64,000 nucleotides of DNA, from assembly GCA_037925075.1 (NCBI GenBank), contig JAXSNR010000002.1:96001-160000 (forward strand). Reading direction: 5' to 3'. This document shows, one piece after another, positions 8,256 to 17,872 of the stretch. Position numbers and translations under genes: made by a program. The DNA comes from Aquificaceae bacterium (GTDB lineage Bacteria; Aquificota; Aquificia; Aquificales; Aquificaceae). The notes under the pieces are model-generated. The model was not told where the DNA came from and made no database searches. It saw only the letters and a list, made by a program, of their open reading frames with translations. Numbering within the stretch: position 1 is the stretch's first letter; each line of letters starts with the position of its first letter.

Positions 8256-8761
8256 AGCTTCGCTCCGTAAAATCTGTAATTAAGACCGCATATCCTATCT
8301 AAGTTTTCTAAAAGTATATCCTCCACAAAGGGGTTATGGGACACCACCACTACACTTAGTCCAAAGCCTCCTTCTTCTAGCAGTCTTCTTGAAGTTAAAA
8401 GAAAGCTCCTTAGCACCTCATCTTTTTCTATCTCAAAGGGTGCTCCAAGAAAGTGATGGCTAATGCTCAAAAAACTACCCGGCTTTACCCTCACGGTAAG
8501 CCTTATTGGATTTAGACTTTCTATAAGACGCTCTTTTTCAAGGGCATACTCAAGCCCAAACATGAGCATGGCGTCGGTTATAAGATGTTTGGAAGACAGA
8601 GATACAAACTGCCTAAAGCCACTTTCTCTAAAGTCCAGCTTCAGGTTGTCTCTTACCGTTTCTACCCAGTGGGGGTGAGGGTTTTCCAATAGCCAGAAGA
8701 TTTTCTCAGGATAAAAACTCTGACCTTCCTGCCTTCCCCATAGCATGGTGATAAGGGGCAT
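8252..8761 (-). CDS. Hypothetical protein
   Basis: 169-aa ORF overlapping the TPR gene start; TATATT 7 nt upstream. Confidence 0.7.
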   Translation of the reverse strand: MPLITMLWGRQEGQSFYPEKIFWLLENPHPHWVETVRDNLKLDFRESGFRQFVSLSSKHLITDAMLMFGLEYALEKERLIESLNPIRLTVRVKPGSFLSISHHFLGAPFEIEKDEVLRSFLLTSRRLLEEGGFGLSVVVVSHNPFVEDILLENLDRICGLNYRFYGAKL

Positions 8762-8821
8762 TGTTATAAATATAGGCTGGGTTTATACACGTTAGCTGAG
8801 AAATTAAAACTCGCATGGACT

Positions 8822-9275
8822 CTTCCAATTACCACACTTGGGATTATGTAGGTCTATAAAGCCCTTGAAAAGGGGCTTGGCAAGGAAGAAGCTAAAAAGA
8901 TGGTTCATGGGCTTGAGAAAGCAATCTCTGAAGCCACAGAGTATAAGTGGGCAACCACAAAGGAAGAGATAATAGCCGAGTTTAGGAAAGAGATTGATTC
9001 ACTCAGGAAAGAGATTGACGCCATAAGGTAAGGAATTTGTCACAAGGGAACTCTTTGAAGAGAGAATGAATGCCCTACGGGCAGAGCTTGAAGGTAAGAT
9101 AGAAAACGTAAGGGTTGACCTTGAGGGCAAGATAGAAAATGTAAGGATTGGTCTTATCGCAGAGATAAAAAGGCTTGACATAAAGCTGACTTTTTTGATC
9201 ATCCTTATGATAGTAGCCCTTACGCTTATGAATCCTGTGGTGGCGGAGATAATAAAGAAACTTTTGAAGCTTTGA
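8822..9275 (+). pseudogene. Disrupted DUF1640/CCDC90-like coiled-coil membrane-anchored protein
   Basis: LPITTLGIM*VYKALEKGLGKEEAKKMV...WATTKEEI with TAG at 8849; extra T at 9029 gives TAA and a +1 shift; continues KEFVTRELFEERMNALRAELEGKIE to a C-terminal TM. Confidence 0.75.
8984..9149 (+). repeat. Intragenic tandem repeats: 2x21 bp (8984-9025) and 2x33 bp (9084-9149)
   Basis: AGGAAAGAGATTGA(TTCACTC/CGCCATA); GAGCTTGAAGGTAAGATAGAAAACGTAAGGGTT / GACCTTGAGGGCAAGATAGAAAATGTAAGGATT. Confidence 0.85.
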
Positions 9276-9341
9276 ATTCCCTAATCTGTGATAAGTCAAA
9301 GGACATTGTTATAAATTTAGCCTGACCTATATTTTTATAGC

Positions 9342-10733
9342 ATGTTTGGTGTGCTAAGGAAAAAACCTCTTGATAAAATTATGGAAGTTCTCGGAAAAGA
9401 AAAGGTAAAGACCTCCTTGGTGGAGAGGAAGTTATACTCCTATGATGCAACTCCCATACCCATTGAAAGGGCTTTGCCTTCTGGGGTGGTTTTCCCCGAA
9501 AGCCATGAGGATGTGGTCAAGCTCGTAAAAGTATGCTACGAAGAGAATATACCCATCTTTCCAAGAGGGGCGGGCTCGGGTTTGACTGGCGGTGCGGTAC
9601 CCACCTCAGATAGGGGCGTGGTGGTGTCCTTTGAAAGGATGAACCGCTTTGAGGTAGATGTGGATAACGCCACCGCAGAGGTCCAGCCGGGGGTGATAAC
9701 CGCCCAATTTCAGGACCATGTGGAAAAGTTGGGCCTTTTCTATCCACCGGACCCTTCCTCCTTTAAGTATTCCACGCTGGGGGGAAATATTGCAGAAAAT
9801 GCAGGTGGACCGAGATGTCTCAAATATGGAGTTACCCGCGAGTACGTGCTTGGACTGACGGCGGTCATAAAGGAGGGAGAAACCATTAAAGCGGGAAACC
9901 CCGTCATAAAGGATGTGGCAGGATACGACATTACAAAGCTTTTTGTGGGTTCTGAAGGGACCTTGGGACTGATAACTTCCGCAACTCTTAAGCTCATACC
10001 AAAGCCCAAGGCAAGGGCAACCGCCTTGGCACTTTTTGACAGGCTTGAGGATGTGGGAAGGGCTGTCACAAAAATATTCACCTCTGGCATATTCCCTTCA
10101 GCCCTTGAGTTTATGGACGAGGACGCCATAAGGGCTGTAGAAGACTACAAACCGGTGGGACTACCAAAGGTATCCGCCCTGCTTTTAATAGAGGTTGATG
10201 GCTCTCCCCTCAGTGTGCAGGAAGATATAAGGGACATAAAGAACCTTCTTCAACCCATGGGAATTGAAGTAAGGACAGCACAAAGCAAGGAAGAGGAAGA
10301 GAAGCTTTGGAGTGCAAGGAAGAACTTAGGTCCAGCTTTGGGAAACCTAAAAACTGGTAAGATAAACGAAGACATAGTCATACCCAGAATACACCTCTCT
10401 GAGGCAATCCCAGAGTTCAGAAGAGTCGCAAAGAAGTATAACCTACTCATGGTCATATTCGGTCATATAGGTGATGGAAACCTCCATGTGAACCTGCTAT
10501 ACGATAAGGCAAACAAGGAGGAAGAAAGCAGGGCGGAAAGGGCTGTGGATGAGGTTTTTGAGATAGCCCTCAAGTACAGGGGGTCCATAACGGGAGAGCA
10601 TGGTGTGGGGCTTACAAAAAGGAAGTTTCTCCAATGGCAGTTTGGACCTGTAGGGTACGAAATGCTAAAAGGTATAAAGAGGCTCTTTGACCCTAAAAAT
10701 CTGTTCAATCCCGGTAAGGTTGTGGAGGTGTAA
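9342..10733 (+). CDS. FAD-linked oxidase, GlcD/D-lactate dehydrogenase family
   Basis: PRGAGSGLTGG, STLGGNIAENAGG, GSEGTLG, GHIGDGNLH, GEHGVG, NPGK. Confidence 0.92.
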   Translation: MFGVLRKKPLDKIMEVLGKEKVKTSLVERKLYSYDATPIPIERALPSGVVFPESHEDVVKLVKVCYEENIPIFPRGAGSGLTGGAVPTSDRGVVVSFERMNRFEVDVDNATAEVQPGVITAQFQDHVEKLGLFYPPDPSSFKYSTLGGNIAENAGGPRCLKYGVTREYVLGLTAVIKEGETIKAGNPVIKDVAGYDITKLFVGSEGTLGLITSATLKLIPKPKARATALALFDRLEDVGRAVTKIFTSGIFPSALEFMDEDAIRAVEDYKPVGLPKVSALLLIEVDGSPLSVQEDIRDIKNLLQPMGIEVRTAQSKEEEEKLWSARKNLGPALGNLKTGKINEDIVIPRIHLSEAIPEFRRVAKKYNLLMVIFGHIGDGNLHVNLLYDKANKEEESRAERAVDEVFEIALKYRGSITGEHGVGLTKRKFLQWQFGPVGYEMLKGIKRLFDPKNLFNPGKVVEV

Positions 10734-10734
10734 T

Positions 10735-11619
10735 ATGAAGAGACTAATTTTTGCCCTTCTAACCTTTGTAAGTTTAAGCACCGCAACCGACGAGTTTGTA
10801 AAGGGTCTGATAGAAAAATTTATGGAGAAGGGTAAATCCGCATGGTGGTGGGACTCCAAGTGGTGGGAAGAGGGTTATATAGAGAACATGCCTAACTACA
10901 AGGTAAGGGTTGAAACCCTCGTAGTTAAGAAAAGAGATGTGGAGATACCAGTCTATGTGTACAGGCCAGATGACAAGGAAAGATACCCTGGCGTTCTTTT
11001 TATACATGGAAGGCGCGGGCTTGATGAACTCTTCCAACTGCATGCAAAAAGGCTTGCCAGCAAAGGGTTTGTTGTAATAGCACCAGACCTTTACACTGGA
11101 AGGCTTATACCCCAGTTTCCCATAGAGCACGACCCTGTGCTGGAGGAAGACCTTGACGCAGTCCTTGTTTATGCCCTTAACCGAAATGATATAAAGAGTA
11201 AGAAACTCTGTGCTTACGGGCTCACCAGAGGTGGCTACTACGGAATCAGATTGCTTGTAACCTTCAAAAGACAAGAGAAGGACATAGCCTGCTTTGTGGC
11301 TTACTATCCCCATATGCAAAACCCAAACGCCCCAGAACCTGAACAAGTTTACCGCTACGCTCCTGAATGGGAAAGTCTTAAGATACCAACCCTTATACTT
11401 GTAGGCGAAAATGAACAATATCAGAGAATAAGACCAGCACTGGTGGCTGTGGAACACCTCAGAGCTAAGGGTGTGCCCATATGGATAGTGGTTTATCCGG
11501 GTGTGGGTAGAGGCTTTGACTTTAGGCTTGATAGGAGAACCTTTGCGGACGACCTTGCCTCAAAGGATGCCCTCATAAGGTCTTCCCTCTTTATGAAGAA
11601 GTATTTAGAAAAGGAATAG
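10735..11619 (+). CDS. Secreted dienelactone-hydrolase-family (alpha/beta hydrolase) protein
   Basis: Signal-like MKRLIFALLTFVSLSTA; PGVLFIHG, LASKGFVVIAPDLY, GLTRGG, YPGVGRGF. Confidence 0.8.
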   Translation: MKRLIFALLTFVSLSTATDEFVKGLIEKFMEKGKSAWWWDSKWWEEGYIENMPNYKVRVETLVVKKRDVEIPVYVYRPDDKERYPGVLFIHGRRGLDELFQLHAKRLASKGFVVIAPDLYTGRLIPQFPIEHDPVLEEDLDAVLVYALNRNDIKSKKLCAYGLTRGGYYGIRLLVTFKRQEKDIACFVAYYPHMQNPNAPEPEQVYRYAPEWESLKIPTLILVGENEQYQRIRPALVAVEHLRAKGVPIWIVVYPGVGRGFDFRLDRRTFADDLASKDALIRSSLFMKKYLEKE

Positions 11620-12001
11620 CCTCCAACGCCCTACGGAATATTTCCTTGTCTCCCTTATACTTGAGCAACCTCTTTGCCTCTTCAATGGTGAAAAACTTTG
11701 CATCCTTTACTTCCCAAGAGGGCTTAGGTTCACCATGAAGGTATTCCATAAGATAGTAAACCACCCTCTTTCTTATCTTTTCTCCTTCTCTCACATACCA
11801 ATAGCTTATTCTGCCAAGCTCCAAAACTATCCTTCCCTTTACTCCTGTCTCCTCGTAAACTTCTCTGATTGCAGTATCCTCTGGCTTTTCTCCCTTTTCT
11901 ACAAGACCCTTTGGAAAGGTCCATACATCAGAAGGATTTTTTATGAGCAATACCCTTCCCTCTTTTATTAGCAAGCCCCCTGCTGAAAATTCTTCCTTCA
12001 T
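11591..12001 (-). CDS. NUDIX hydrolase (Ap4A hydrolase-like)
   Basis: Nudix box GLVEKGEKPEDTAIREVYEETGV; SAGG, WTFPKG. Confidence 0.92.
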   Translation of the reverse strand: MKEEFSAGGLLIKEGRVLLIKNPSDVWTFPKGLVEKGEKPEDTAIREVYEETGVKGRIVLELGRISYWYVREGEKIRKRVVYYLMEYLHGEPKPSWEVKDAKFFTIEEAKRLLKYKGDKEIFRRALEAIPFLNTSS

Positions 12002-12618
12002 GGTAGAACCTCCACCTTTCCCCTTGTGATAACCCTTCCCCTAAGCACCTTTTCTTCCCTTCTTATGCGTACTGTTTTTCCTACTGTGCCAGAATCCACC
12101 GCCACAGCTTGAAAAGTCACCTCAAGGGAACCACTCCTGTATATCACCTCCACCACCTCTCCGGCTTTCACCGCAGGCACCTCTTTGAGAAAGGACCTTC
12201 TTAGCATGGTTCCCTTGGTTATCCGCGTTGAAGCCACGTAGTTTTCAAATTCCTCAGGGTTAAGCCTGAGGTCCGATGGTATGGTTTTCATAAACCTCTC
12301 TTCCACCTTGAATTGCTCAGCTTTTATGGAACTTCCCCGCGGTATGTCTTCAAGGGCTATAAAGACCCTTGCCCTCCAGAGGGCATCTATGATAGCCTGA
12401 TATCTCTCTCCGCCCGAATACAAGTAAGCAACCGCTCTGCTTCTGCCGTATTCCATATCCAACTCAATCTTTTCAAAATCCAGATTTTTTGGTGTGATAA
12501 GCTTGATCTTTTGGAGCTTTACATTATCACCAAAGCGTTTGTAAACCTCAGACTCCACAAACTTTTCAGGGCTGGCAAGGGCAAAGCAAAAAAGTATAAG
12601 GATGCTAAAAAGCCACAT
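11998..12618 (-). CDS. flgA: Flagellar P-ring formation chaperone FlgA
   Basis: Signal peptide; SAF-like ALEDIPRG, VKAGEVVEV, AVDSGTVGKTVRIR. Confidence 0.8.
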   Translation of the reverse strand: MWLFSILILFCFALASPEKFVESEVYKRFGDNVKLQKIKLITPKNLDFEKIELDMEYGRSRAVAYLYSGGERYQAIIDALWRARVFIALEDIPRGSSIKAEQFKVEERFMKTIPSDLRLNPEEFENYVASTRITKGTMLRRSFLKEVPAVKAGEVVEVIYRSGSLEVTFQAVAVDSGTVGKTVRIRREEKVLRGRVITRGKVEVLP

Positions 12619-13288
12619 TCATAGTCTGCATAAGCTCCCTTATAAGGGTGGCTGGCTCTACTTCCTTTGGACACACCAAGTTGCACTTGTTGCAAGAAAG
12701 ACAGTGGTATAGGTTCCCATCCCTTAGGGCTTGTTTTATTCGGAGCTCCTTTTGCTCTTCCCTTGGGTCCTCATAGAACCTAAACAGCTTGGCAAAGAAC
12801 AAAGGTCCCGCATAGTCCTTTTCGAGCACCTGAGGGCAATAAGACTGACAGGCAAGACAAAGGATACAATCTGCGGAGTTCTCTATTTTTTTGCTAAGCT
12901 CTGGGTTTATCCTTGGGTTTTTGCCTTGCTCCCTTATCCAAAGCCTGAGGTTTTTAACCTTTTGCACCACCTCCTCATTGTCCACCGCAAGGTCCCTTAT
13001 TACCTTGAAGTTTCTTATAGGTTCTATTAGCACCTCCTGCCCAAAAAGAACGTAGGGAAGCGCCTGTTCTTTGCAGGCAAGTTTTGGAAAGCCGTTGACC
13101 ATTATGGTGCATGTGCCACATATACCCGCCCTGCAAAAGTGTCTGAAGCTAAGGGTAGGTTCCATGTCTTCCTTTATCTTCTGAAGGGCACTCAGAAGAG
13201 TCATGCCCTCTTGATATGGGATTTCAAAGGTTTGGTAGTAGGGCTCTCCGGAGCCTTCCTGTCTTCTTATTTTCAGCCTTAAGACCAT
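12605..13288 (-). CDS. frdB: Fumarate reductase/succinate dehydrogenase Fe-S subunit
   Basis: CRAGICGTC...LAC [2Fe-2S]; CILCLACQSYCP; CLSCNKCNLVCP; start at ATG 13288. Confidence 0.9.
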   Translation of the reverse strand: MVLRLKIRRQEGSGEPYYQTFEIPYQEGMTLLSALQKIKEDMEPTLSFRHFCRAGICGTCTIMVNGFPKLACKEQALPYVLFGQEVLIEPIRNFKVIRDLAVDNEEVVQKVKNLRLWIREQGKNPRINPELSKKIENSADCILCLACQSYCPQVLEKDYAGPLFFAKLFRFYEDPREEQKELRIKQALRDGNLYHCLSCNKCNLVCPKEVEPATLIRELMQTMNVAF

Positions 13289-13313
13289 GTTTAAATAATG
13301 TATTCTATTGTCT

Positions 13314-14492
13314 ATGCTGGTCAAGCACTTTGAAAGCAGGGAAGCCTTTTACAGGTTTCTTAAAGAAAAGTTGGGCGTGTTTTTTAGAGAAGCCTACGAA
13401 AGGAGTTTTGAGGGTATTTTTCATGTGATATACCTCAGAGATGTAAAGCCCGAAGTTCTTGTCCCTCTGGCGAAAAAAGCCTGCCTGCATGCCTTTTATG
13501 GCGAGGGTTCTGTTGCCCTCTGTGGTTCAGAAGCCCAGTTTAGAGACTTTTGTTCTAAGCTTGTGAAAGAGGACAAAGGCCTCGCCCTTGAAATACTCCA
13601 AAAGCTCCAGAATTACAGAAAAAGGTCCTTTAAGCTCCAGTTTCGCCAAAAAATACTACCTCTGGGCATAAAAACCGCTATTATGGGCGTTTTGAACATA
13701 ACACCGGATTCCTTTTCTGATGGTGGGCTTTATATGCAACCTTCCGTTGCCATAAAAAGGGCTGTGCAGATGGTGGAAGAGGGTGCGGATATAATAGATA
13801 TTGGTGCGGAGTCCACAAGGCCGGGTTCTAAGCGAATAGATGCGGAAGAGGAGCTAAGAAGGATTCTTCCGGTGCTCAGGGAGGTAAGAAGGGAGCTTCC
13901 GGAGGCTTGGATCTCCATAGACACTTATAAGGCACAGGTGGCAAAGGTATGCCTTGAAGAAGGGGCGGACATGATAAACGATATAAGCGGTGGGACCTTT
14001 GACCAAGAGATGTTCCAAGTGGTAGCCCAGTATAACTGTCCCTATGTGCTTATGCATATAAAGGGAAGACCAGAGACATGGAAAGAAAACCCACCCGTCT
14101 ATGAGGATGTGGTGGAAGAGATAGTTCTTTGGCTTGATGAAAGGTTAATCAAGCTAAAAGAGGCTGGGTACCAAGGGCAAGCCATCCTTGACCCGGGCAT
14201 AGGCTTTGGAAAGTTGCCCGAGCATAATGTGGAAATACTCAAAAGGTTTGATGAATTTAAGATATTTGGTCTTCCTCTTCTTGTGGGGGTTTCGAGAAAG
14301 TCCTTTATAGGTGTTGTTTTGGAGGGATTGCTCAGAAAGAAGACCGAACCTATGGAGAGGCTTTACGGTAGCTTGGGAGCACTTGCCCTTGCGGTGGTAA
14401 AGGGAGCAAACATGGTAAGGGTTCACGACGTAAAGGAAACCAGAGAGTTTCTTGCACTTCTTGACACGGTAAGGACTTATGGTGAATTTTAA
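13314..14492 (+). CDS. folP: Dihydropteroate synthase with N-terminal extension
   Basis: MGVLNITPDSFSDGG, STRPG, DPGIGFGK, SRKSF, RVHDV. Confidence 0.95.
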   Translation: MLVKHFESREAFYRFLKEKLGVFFREAYERSFEGIFHVIYLRDVKPEVLVPLAKKACLHAFYGEGSVALCGSEAQFRDFCSKLVKEDKGLALEILQKLQNYRKRSFKLQFRQKILPLGIKTAIMGVLNITPDSFSDGGLYMQPSVAIKRAVQMVEEGADIIDIGAESTRPGSKRIDAEEELRRILPVLREVRRELPEAWISIDTYKAQVAKVCLEEGADMINDISGGTFDQEMFQVVAQYNCPYVLMHIKGRPETWKENPPVYEDVVEEIVLWLDERLIKLKEAGYQGQAILDPGIGFGKLPEHNVEILKRFDEFKIFGLPLLVGVSRKSFIGVVLEGLLRKKTEPMERLYGSLGALALAVVKGANMVRVHDVKETREFLALLDTVRTYGEF

Positions 14493-15249
14493 CTGGGATT
14501 TATTTAGCTTATTCTCATGGAGAGACATCTTTGACATACTGGCGGTTTCTGCCTTCATATACGGCATTTTGTATTTTCTTCGTATAACAAAGGGTCTTCA
14601 GATTTTTAAGGGGATTGTGGTCCTTGCAGGCTTTTGGCTTGTCGCGGAGCTTTTAGGTCTAAAAACCCTCTCATGGGTCTTCGAAAAGCTTTGGACTGTG
14701 GGGCTCTTTTCTCTTGTGGTCATATTTCAGCCGGAGATAAGGAAAACCCTTAGCAAGCTTGGTCAGAGGACGGGCATATCTGTTATAAAGCCCGTGGAGG
14801 AGAGGGTCGTGGACAGGATTGTAAGGGCATGCTCCTTCCTCTCAGACAGACAGATAGGAGCTCTCATAGTTATAGAGAGAGGGCAAAGCGTGGAGGGTGT
14901 GGTGGAAGGGTGTGTGCTTATAGACAGCCTCGTGTCCGTTGAATTGCTTATCACCATATTTAACCCCATATCTCCATTGCACGATGGTGCGGTGGTGGTA
15001 AGAGGAGATAGGGTTATCTACGCCTCTTGTATACTGCCCCTATCAAAGTCCCCAGAACTCCCCAAGAAATACGGCACAAGACACAGGGCCGCCTTAGGTA
15101 TAGCGGAAGAAACAGACGCCTTGGCTGTGGTGGTCTCGGAAGAAACTGGAGAGATTTCCCTATCAGTGGGAGGAAAACTCAAAAGAAACCTTGACCCAGA
15201 ACTACTTAGGGAACTGCTTTTAAAGGAGTTGAAAGTTGAGAAGGCTTGA
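14479..15249 (+). CDS. cdaA: Membrane diadenylate cyclase
   Basis: 3 TM; FQPEIR, PLHDGA, GTRHRAA, SEETG. Confidence 0.93.
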   Translation: MVNFNWDLFSLFSWRDIFDILAVSAFIYGILYFLRITKGLQIFKGIVVLAGFWLVAELLGLKTLSWVFEKLWTVGLFSLVVIFQPEIRKTLSKLGQRTGISVIKPVEERVVDRIVRACSFLSDRQIGALIVIERGQSVEGVVEGCVLIDSLVSVELLITIFNPISPLHDGAVVVRGDRVIYASCILPLSKSPELPKKYGTRHRAALGIAEETDALAVVVSEETGEISLSVGGKLKRNLDPELLRELLLKELKVEKA

Positions 15250-15628
15250 AGTTTTCTTACTTAGAGACTGGCAGTACAAGCTCGTATCTCTCCTAATGGG
15301 CATAGCCCTGTGGTTTTTTGTAAACCTCGGGGAAAGGGTACCTATGAGCATGGAAAGGAGTATTGAAGTGTATGACAAAGAGAAAGGCTACGAATACAAG
15401 CTGGAAAGGAAAAGAGCGAGGATAAGGCTCAAGGTGATGGAGAGATTTGTCTCTGAGGAGATGATAGAAGTAATCGGCGTAGGCGTAAACGTAAAAGGTA
15501 TGAAGGAAGGAGAATATACCCTAAAAGTGGAAGCTAAAAACCTACCAAGATTCCTTGTAATCGTTGAGAAGATTGAGCCCGAATATGTAAGAGTAAGAAT
15601 AACAAAAGCCCCCGAAGGGGGCCCGTAA
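15236..15628 (+). CDS. CdaR/YbbR-like short regulator
   Basis: DWQYKLVSLLMGIALWFFV N-terminus typical of YbbR; directly follows cdaA. Confidence 0.7.
   Translation: MRRLEVFLLRDWQYKLVSLLMGIALWFFVNLGERVPMSMERSIEVYDKEKGYEYKLERKRARIRLKVMERFVSEEMIEVIGVGVNVKGMKEGEYTLKVEAKNLPRFLVIVEKIEPEYVRVRITKAPEGGP
15602..15622 (-). terminator. Intrinsic terminator for iscA, embedded in the 3' end of the CdaR-like gene
   Basis: Minus strand GCCCCC-TTC-GGGGGC followed by TTTTGTT. Confidence 0.65.
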
Positions 15629-15630
15629 TA

Positions 15631-15975
15631 TTATCCACAAGAGAAGGAGCTTCCACAACCGCAGGAGCCGGTTGCATTGGGATTTCTTATAGTAAAACCG
15701 CCACCCATAAAGTCCATCACATAGTCAAGCTCTGCGTTGTTTACATAGGGCATGGAAAACTGGTCTATGGCTATCCTAAGCCCTCCAAAGTCAAAGACAT
15801 TGTCGCCTTCCTCAAGGGTGTCGTCAAAGCCCATGGCATACTGAAAACCGGAGCATCCTCCTGGGACAACCCTTATCCTCAATATGGGCTCGGTTATGTT
15901 GTTCTCTTGTGCGATCCTAAGTACTTCCTGAACCGCTTTTTCTGTCGCAAAGAAGTTAAAAGCTACCTTTTGCAT
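15631..15975 (-). CDS. iscA: A-type Fe-S carrier (IscA/ErpA/HesB)
   Basis: GGCSGFQY and CGCGSSF. Confidence 0.93.
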   Translation of the reverse strand: MQKVAFNFFATEKAVQEVLRIAQENNITEPILRIRVVPGGCSGFQYAMGFDDTLEEGDNVFDFGGLRIAIDQFSMPYVNNAELDYVMDFMGGGFTIRNPNATGSCGCGSSFSCG

Positions 15976-16056
15976 AATACTACCTCCTGTAAGAATTTCT
16001 TAGGAATATGATAAGCTTGGGATAGGTTTTTTCAAGGGGAGGATGTATGACTATCC

Positions 16057-16485
16057 TCATGTAGAGCTTTCCACTTTGTGAATTAGCCAAAAGACTCCGC
16101 CTAAGGCTACCAAAACCAAAGCAAGAGTTATAAGCTCCTGAATCTTCTCGGGAGATAGGGAGATTATAAGGACCTTTCTTATTACCGCCGCAAGAGCAAC
16201 AGCGACAAAAGCCCTTATGCTAACGGCTCCTCCTTTTATGTGTTTTACCTCTTCTGACAAAAGCTCAGATATGGCGTAGAGAATAAGCACAGAACCCAAT
16301 ATGCTAAGCCCTCCCTTTTCAATGGGTAGCTGACCCACAAGCACCATGTAAAGCTCGTAGATTATCCAGACCATAAGAAAGAAGCCAACCAAGGAAAGGG
16401 TCAGGATGATGAAGGCATCAAAGACCCATGTTATGCCCCTTATGCTACCGATTAGTACACTCTGATGTCTTTTGAGCTCTTCCAT
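16057..16485 (-). CDS. PsiE-like membrane protein
   Basis: 4 TM; ELL...[11 protein letters not shown] pattern. Confidence 0.7.
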   Translation of the reverse strand: MEELKRHQSVLIGSIRGITWVFDAFIILTLSLVGFFLMVWIIYELYMVLVGQLPIEKGGLSILGSVLILYAISELLSEEVKHIKGGAVSIRAFVAVALAAVIRKVLIISLSPEKIQELITLALVLVALGGVFWLIHKVESST

Positions 16486-16532
16486 GGTTAAATATCATAA
16501 AGCCTACAACCACAGAAGCTTATAATAATCCC

Positions 16533-17093
16533 ATGCCTATTGACAAAGAAAAGATAAAACAGGCTATAAGGCTTTTCCTTGAAGGTATAGGAGAAGACCC
16601 AGACAGAGAAGGCTTGCGGGAAACCCCAGACAGGGTTGCCCGTATGTGGGAGGAATTCGAAGGACAAAGAAGCTTTGACTTTAAGCTCTTTGAGGAGTTT
16701 GGCTCTTACAATGAAATGGTGCTTGTAAAGGACATAAACATATACTCACTATGCGAGCATCATCTTCTTCCCTTTTTTGGCAAGGCTCACATAGCTTACA
16801 TACCCGATGGGATAGTGTGCGGGCTTTCAAAGTTGGTGAGAACCGTGCGTGCCCTTGCTCTAAGGCCTCAGGTGCAAGAAAGGCTTACAAACCAGATAGC
16901 GGACTTTCTTATGGAACAGCTAAAACCCAAAGGGGTGGCTGTGGTGCTTGAGATGGAACACCTTTGCATGTCCATGAGGGGTGTTATGTCTCCCGGGCAC
17001 CTTACAATCACTTCAGCACTTAGAGGTCTTTTCCTTAGCGACATAAGAACAAGGGAAGAGTTTCTAAAGCTTATAGGCAAGCAGGCCCCATGA
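16533..17093 (+). CDS. folE: GTP cyclohydrolase I
   Basis: [35 protein letters not shown]. Confidence 0.97.
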   Translation: MPIDKEKIKQAIRLFLEGIGEDPDREGLRETPDRVARMWEEFEGQRSFDFKLFEEFGSYNEMVLVKDINIYSLCEHHLLPFFGKAHIAYIPDGIVCGLSKLVRTVRALALRPQVQERLTNQIADFLMEQLKPKGVAVVLEMEHLCMSMRGVMSPGHLTITSALRGLFLSDIRTREEFLKLIGKQAP

Positions 17094-17872
17094 GGTTGTG
17101 TCTTATAGCCGGTTCTGGAGAATTGCCCGGTGTATTTCTAAAAAAGGCAAGGGAAAAGGGCGTTGAGGTCTTTGTGGCGGGGGTTAAAGGCATAACAGAA
17201 TTGCAGGCGGACGAATACTTTCCTTTGGGCAAGGTGGGAAGGCTACTGAAAACCCTTGAGAAAAGGGGAATAAGGCATATGGTGATGTTGGGCAAATTTG
17301 AGCATAGCCTTATATTCTCCCATCTTCTGACCCTTGATGAGTTGGCTCTGAGAATCCTCAAAAAAGCCAAAGACAAAAAACCTCAGACCCTCATAAAAAC
17401 CCTTATGGATGAGCTTGAGGCTCTTGGCTTTGAATTTCCAGACCCAAGGCCTTACCTTGAGGAGCTTCTTGCAACGGCGGGTCAAATTTCTTCAAAGGAG
17501 CCCTCCAAGGAAGCCATGGAGGACGGTCTTTGGGGCTTTCCTATAGCAAGGCATATAGCGGAGCTTGATGTGGGGCAGACCCTTGTGGTGAAGGATAAGG
17601 CGGTGGTGAGCGTTGAGGCAATGGAAGGAACTCAAAGAGCAATAGAAAGGGCTGGCGAGCTTGCGGGTAAAAACTGTAGGGTGATAAAGGTAGCCAGAAA
17701 AAGTCAGGACTTTCGGATAGATGTACCAACGGTGGGTCCAAAGACCATAGAAGCCATCAAAAAGATAAAGGGAGACGCTCTCTTTGTAGAGGCTGGAAAG
17801 GTTTATCTTTTGGAGAGGGAAAAGCTCACAAAGCTTGCGGACAGGTATGGCATAGCGGTCTACGGGCTTTGA
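17090..17872 (+). CDS. lpxI: UDP-2,3-diacylglucosamine pyrophosphatase LpxI
   Basis: [31 protein letters not shown]. Confidence 0.9.
   Translation: MRLCLIAGSGELPGVFLKKAREKGVEVFVAGVKGITELQADEYFPLGKVGRLLKTLEKRGIRHMVMLGKFEHSLIFSHLLTLDELALRILKKAKDKKPQTLIKTLMDELEALGFEFPDPRPYLEELLATAGQISSKEPSKEAMEDGLWGFPIARHIAELDVGQTLVVKDKAVVSVEAMEGTQRAIERAGELAGKNCRVIKVARKSQDFRIDVPTVGPKTIEAIKKIKGDALFVEAGKVYLLEREKLTKLADRYGIAVYGL

Noticed and set aside
8849..8851. Pyrrolysine/amber readthrough or programmed frameshift in the coiled-coil gene
   Set aside because: Several independent lesions and no slippery sequence; simple decay is more parsimonious.
10774..11457. Long antisense ORFs (227 aa here; also 27619-28302, 28844-29476, 30803-31435, 43117-43722, 21267-21842, 17900-18454)
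   Set aside because: They lie opposite well-supported genes, have no recognisable motifs and show shadow-frame composition.
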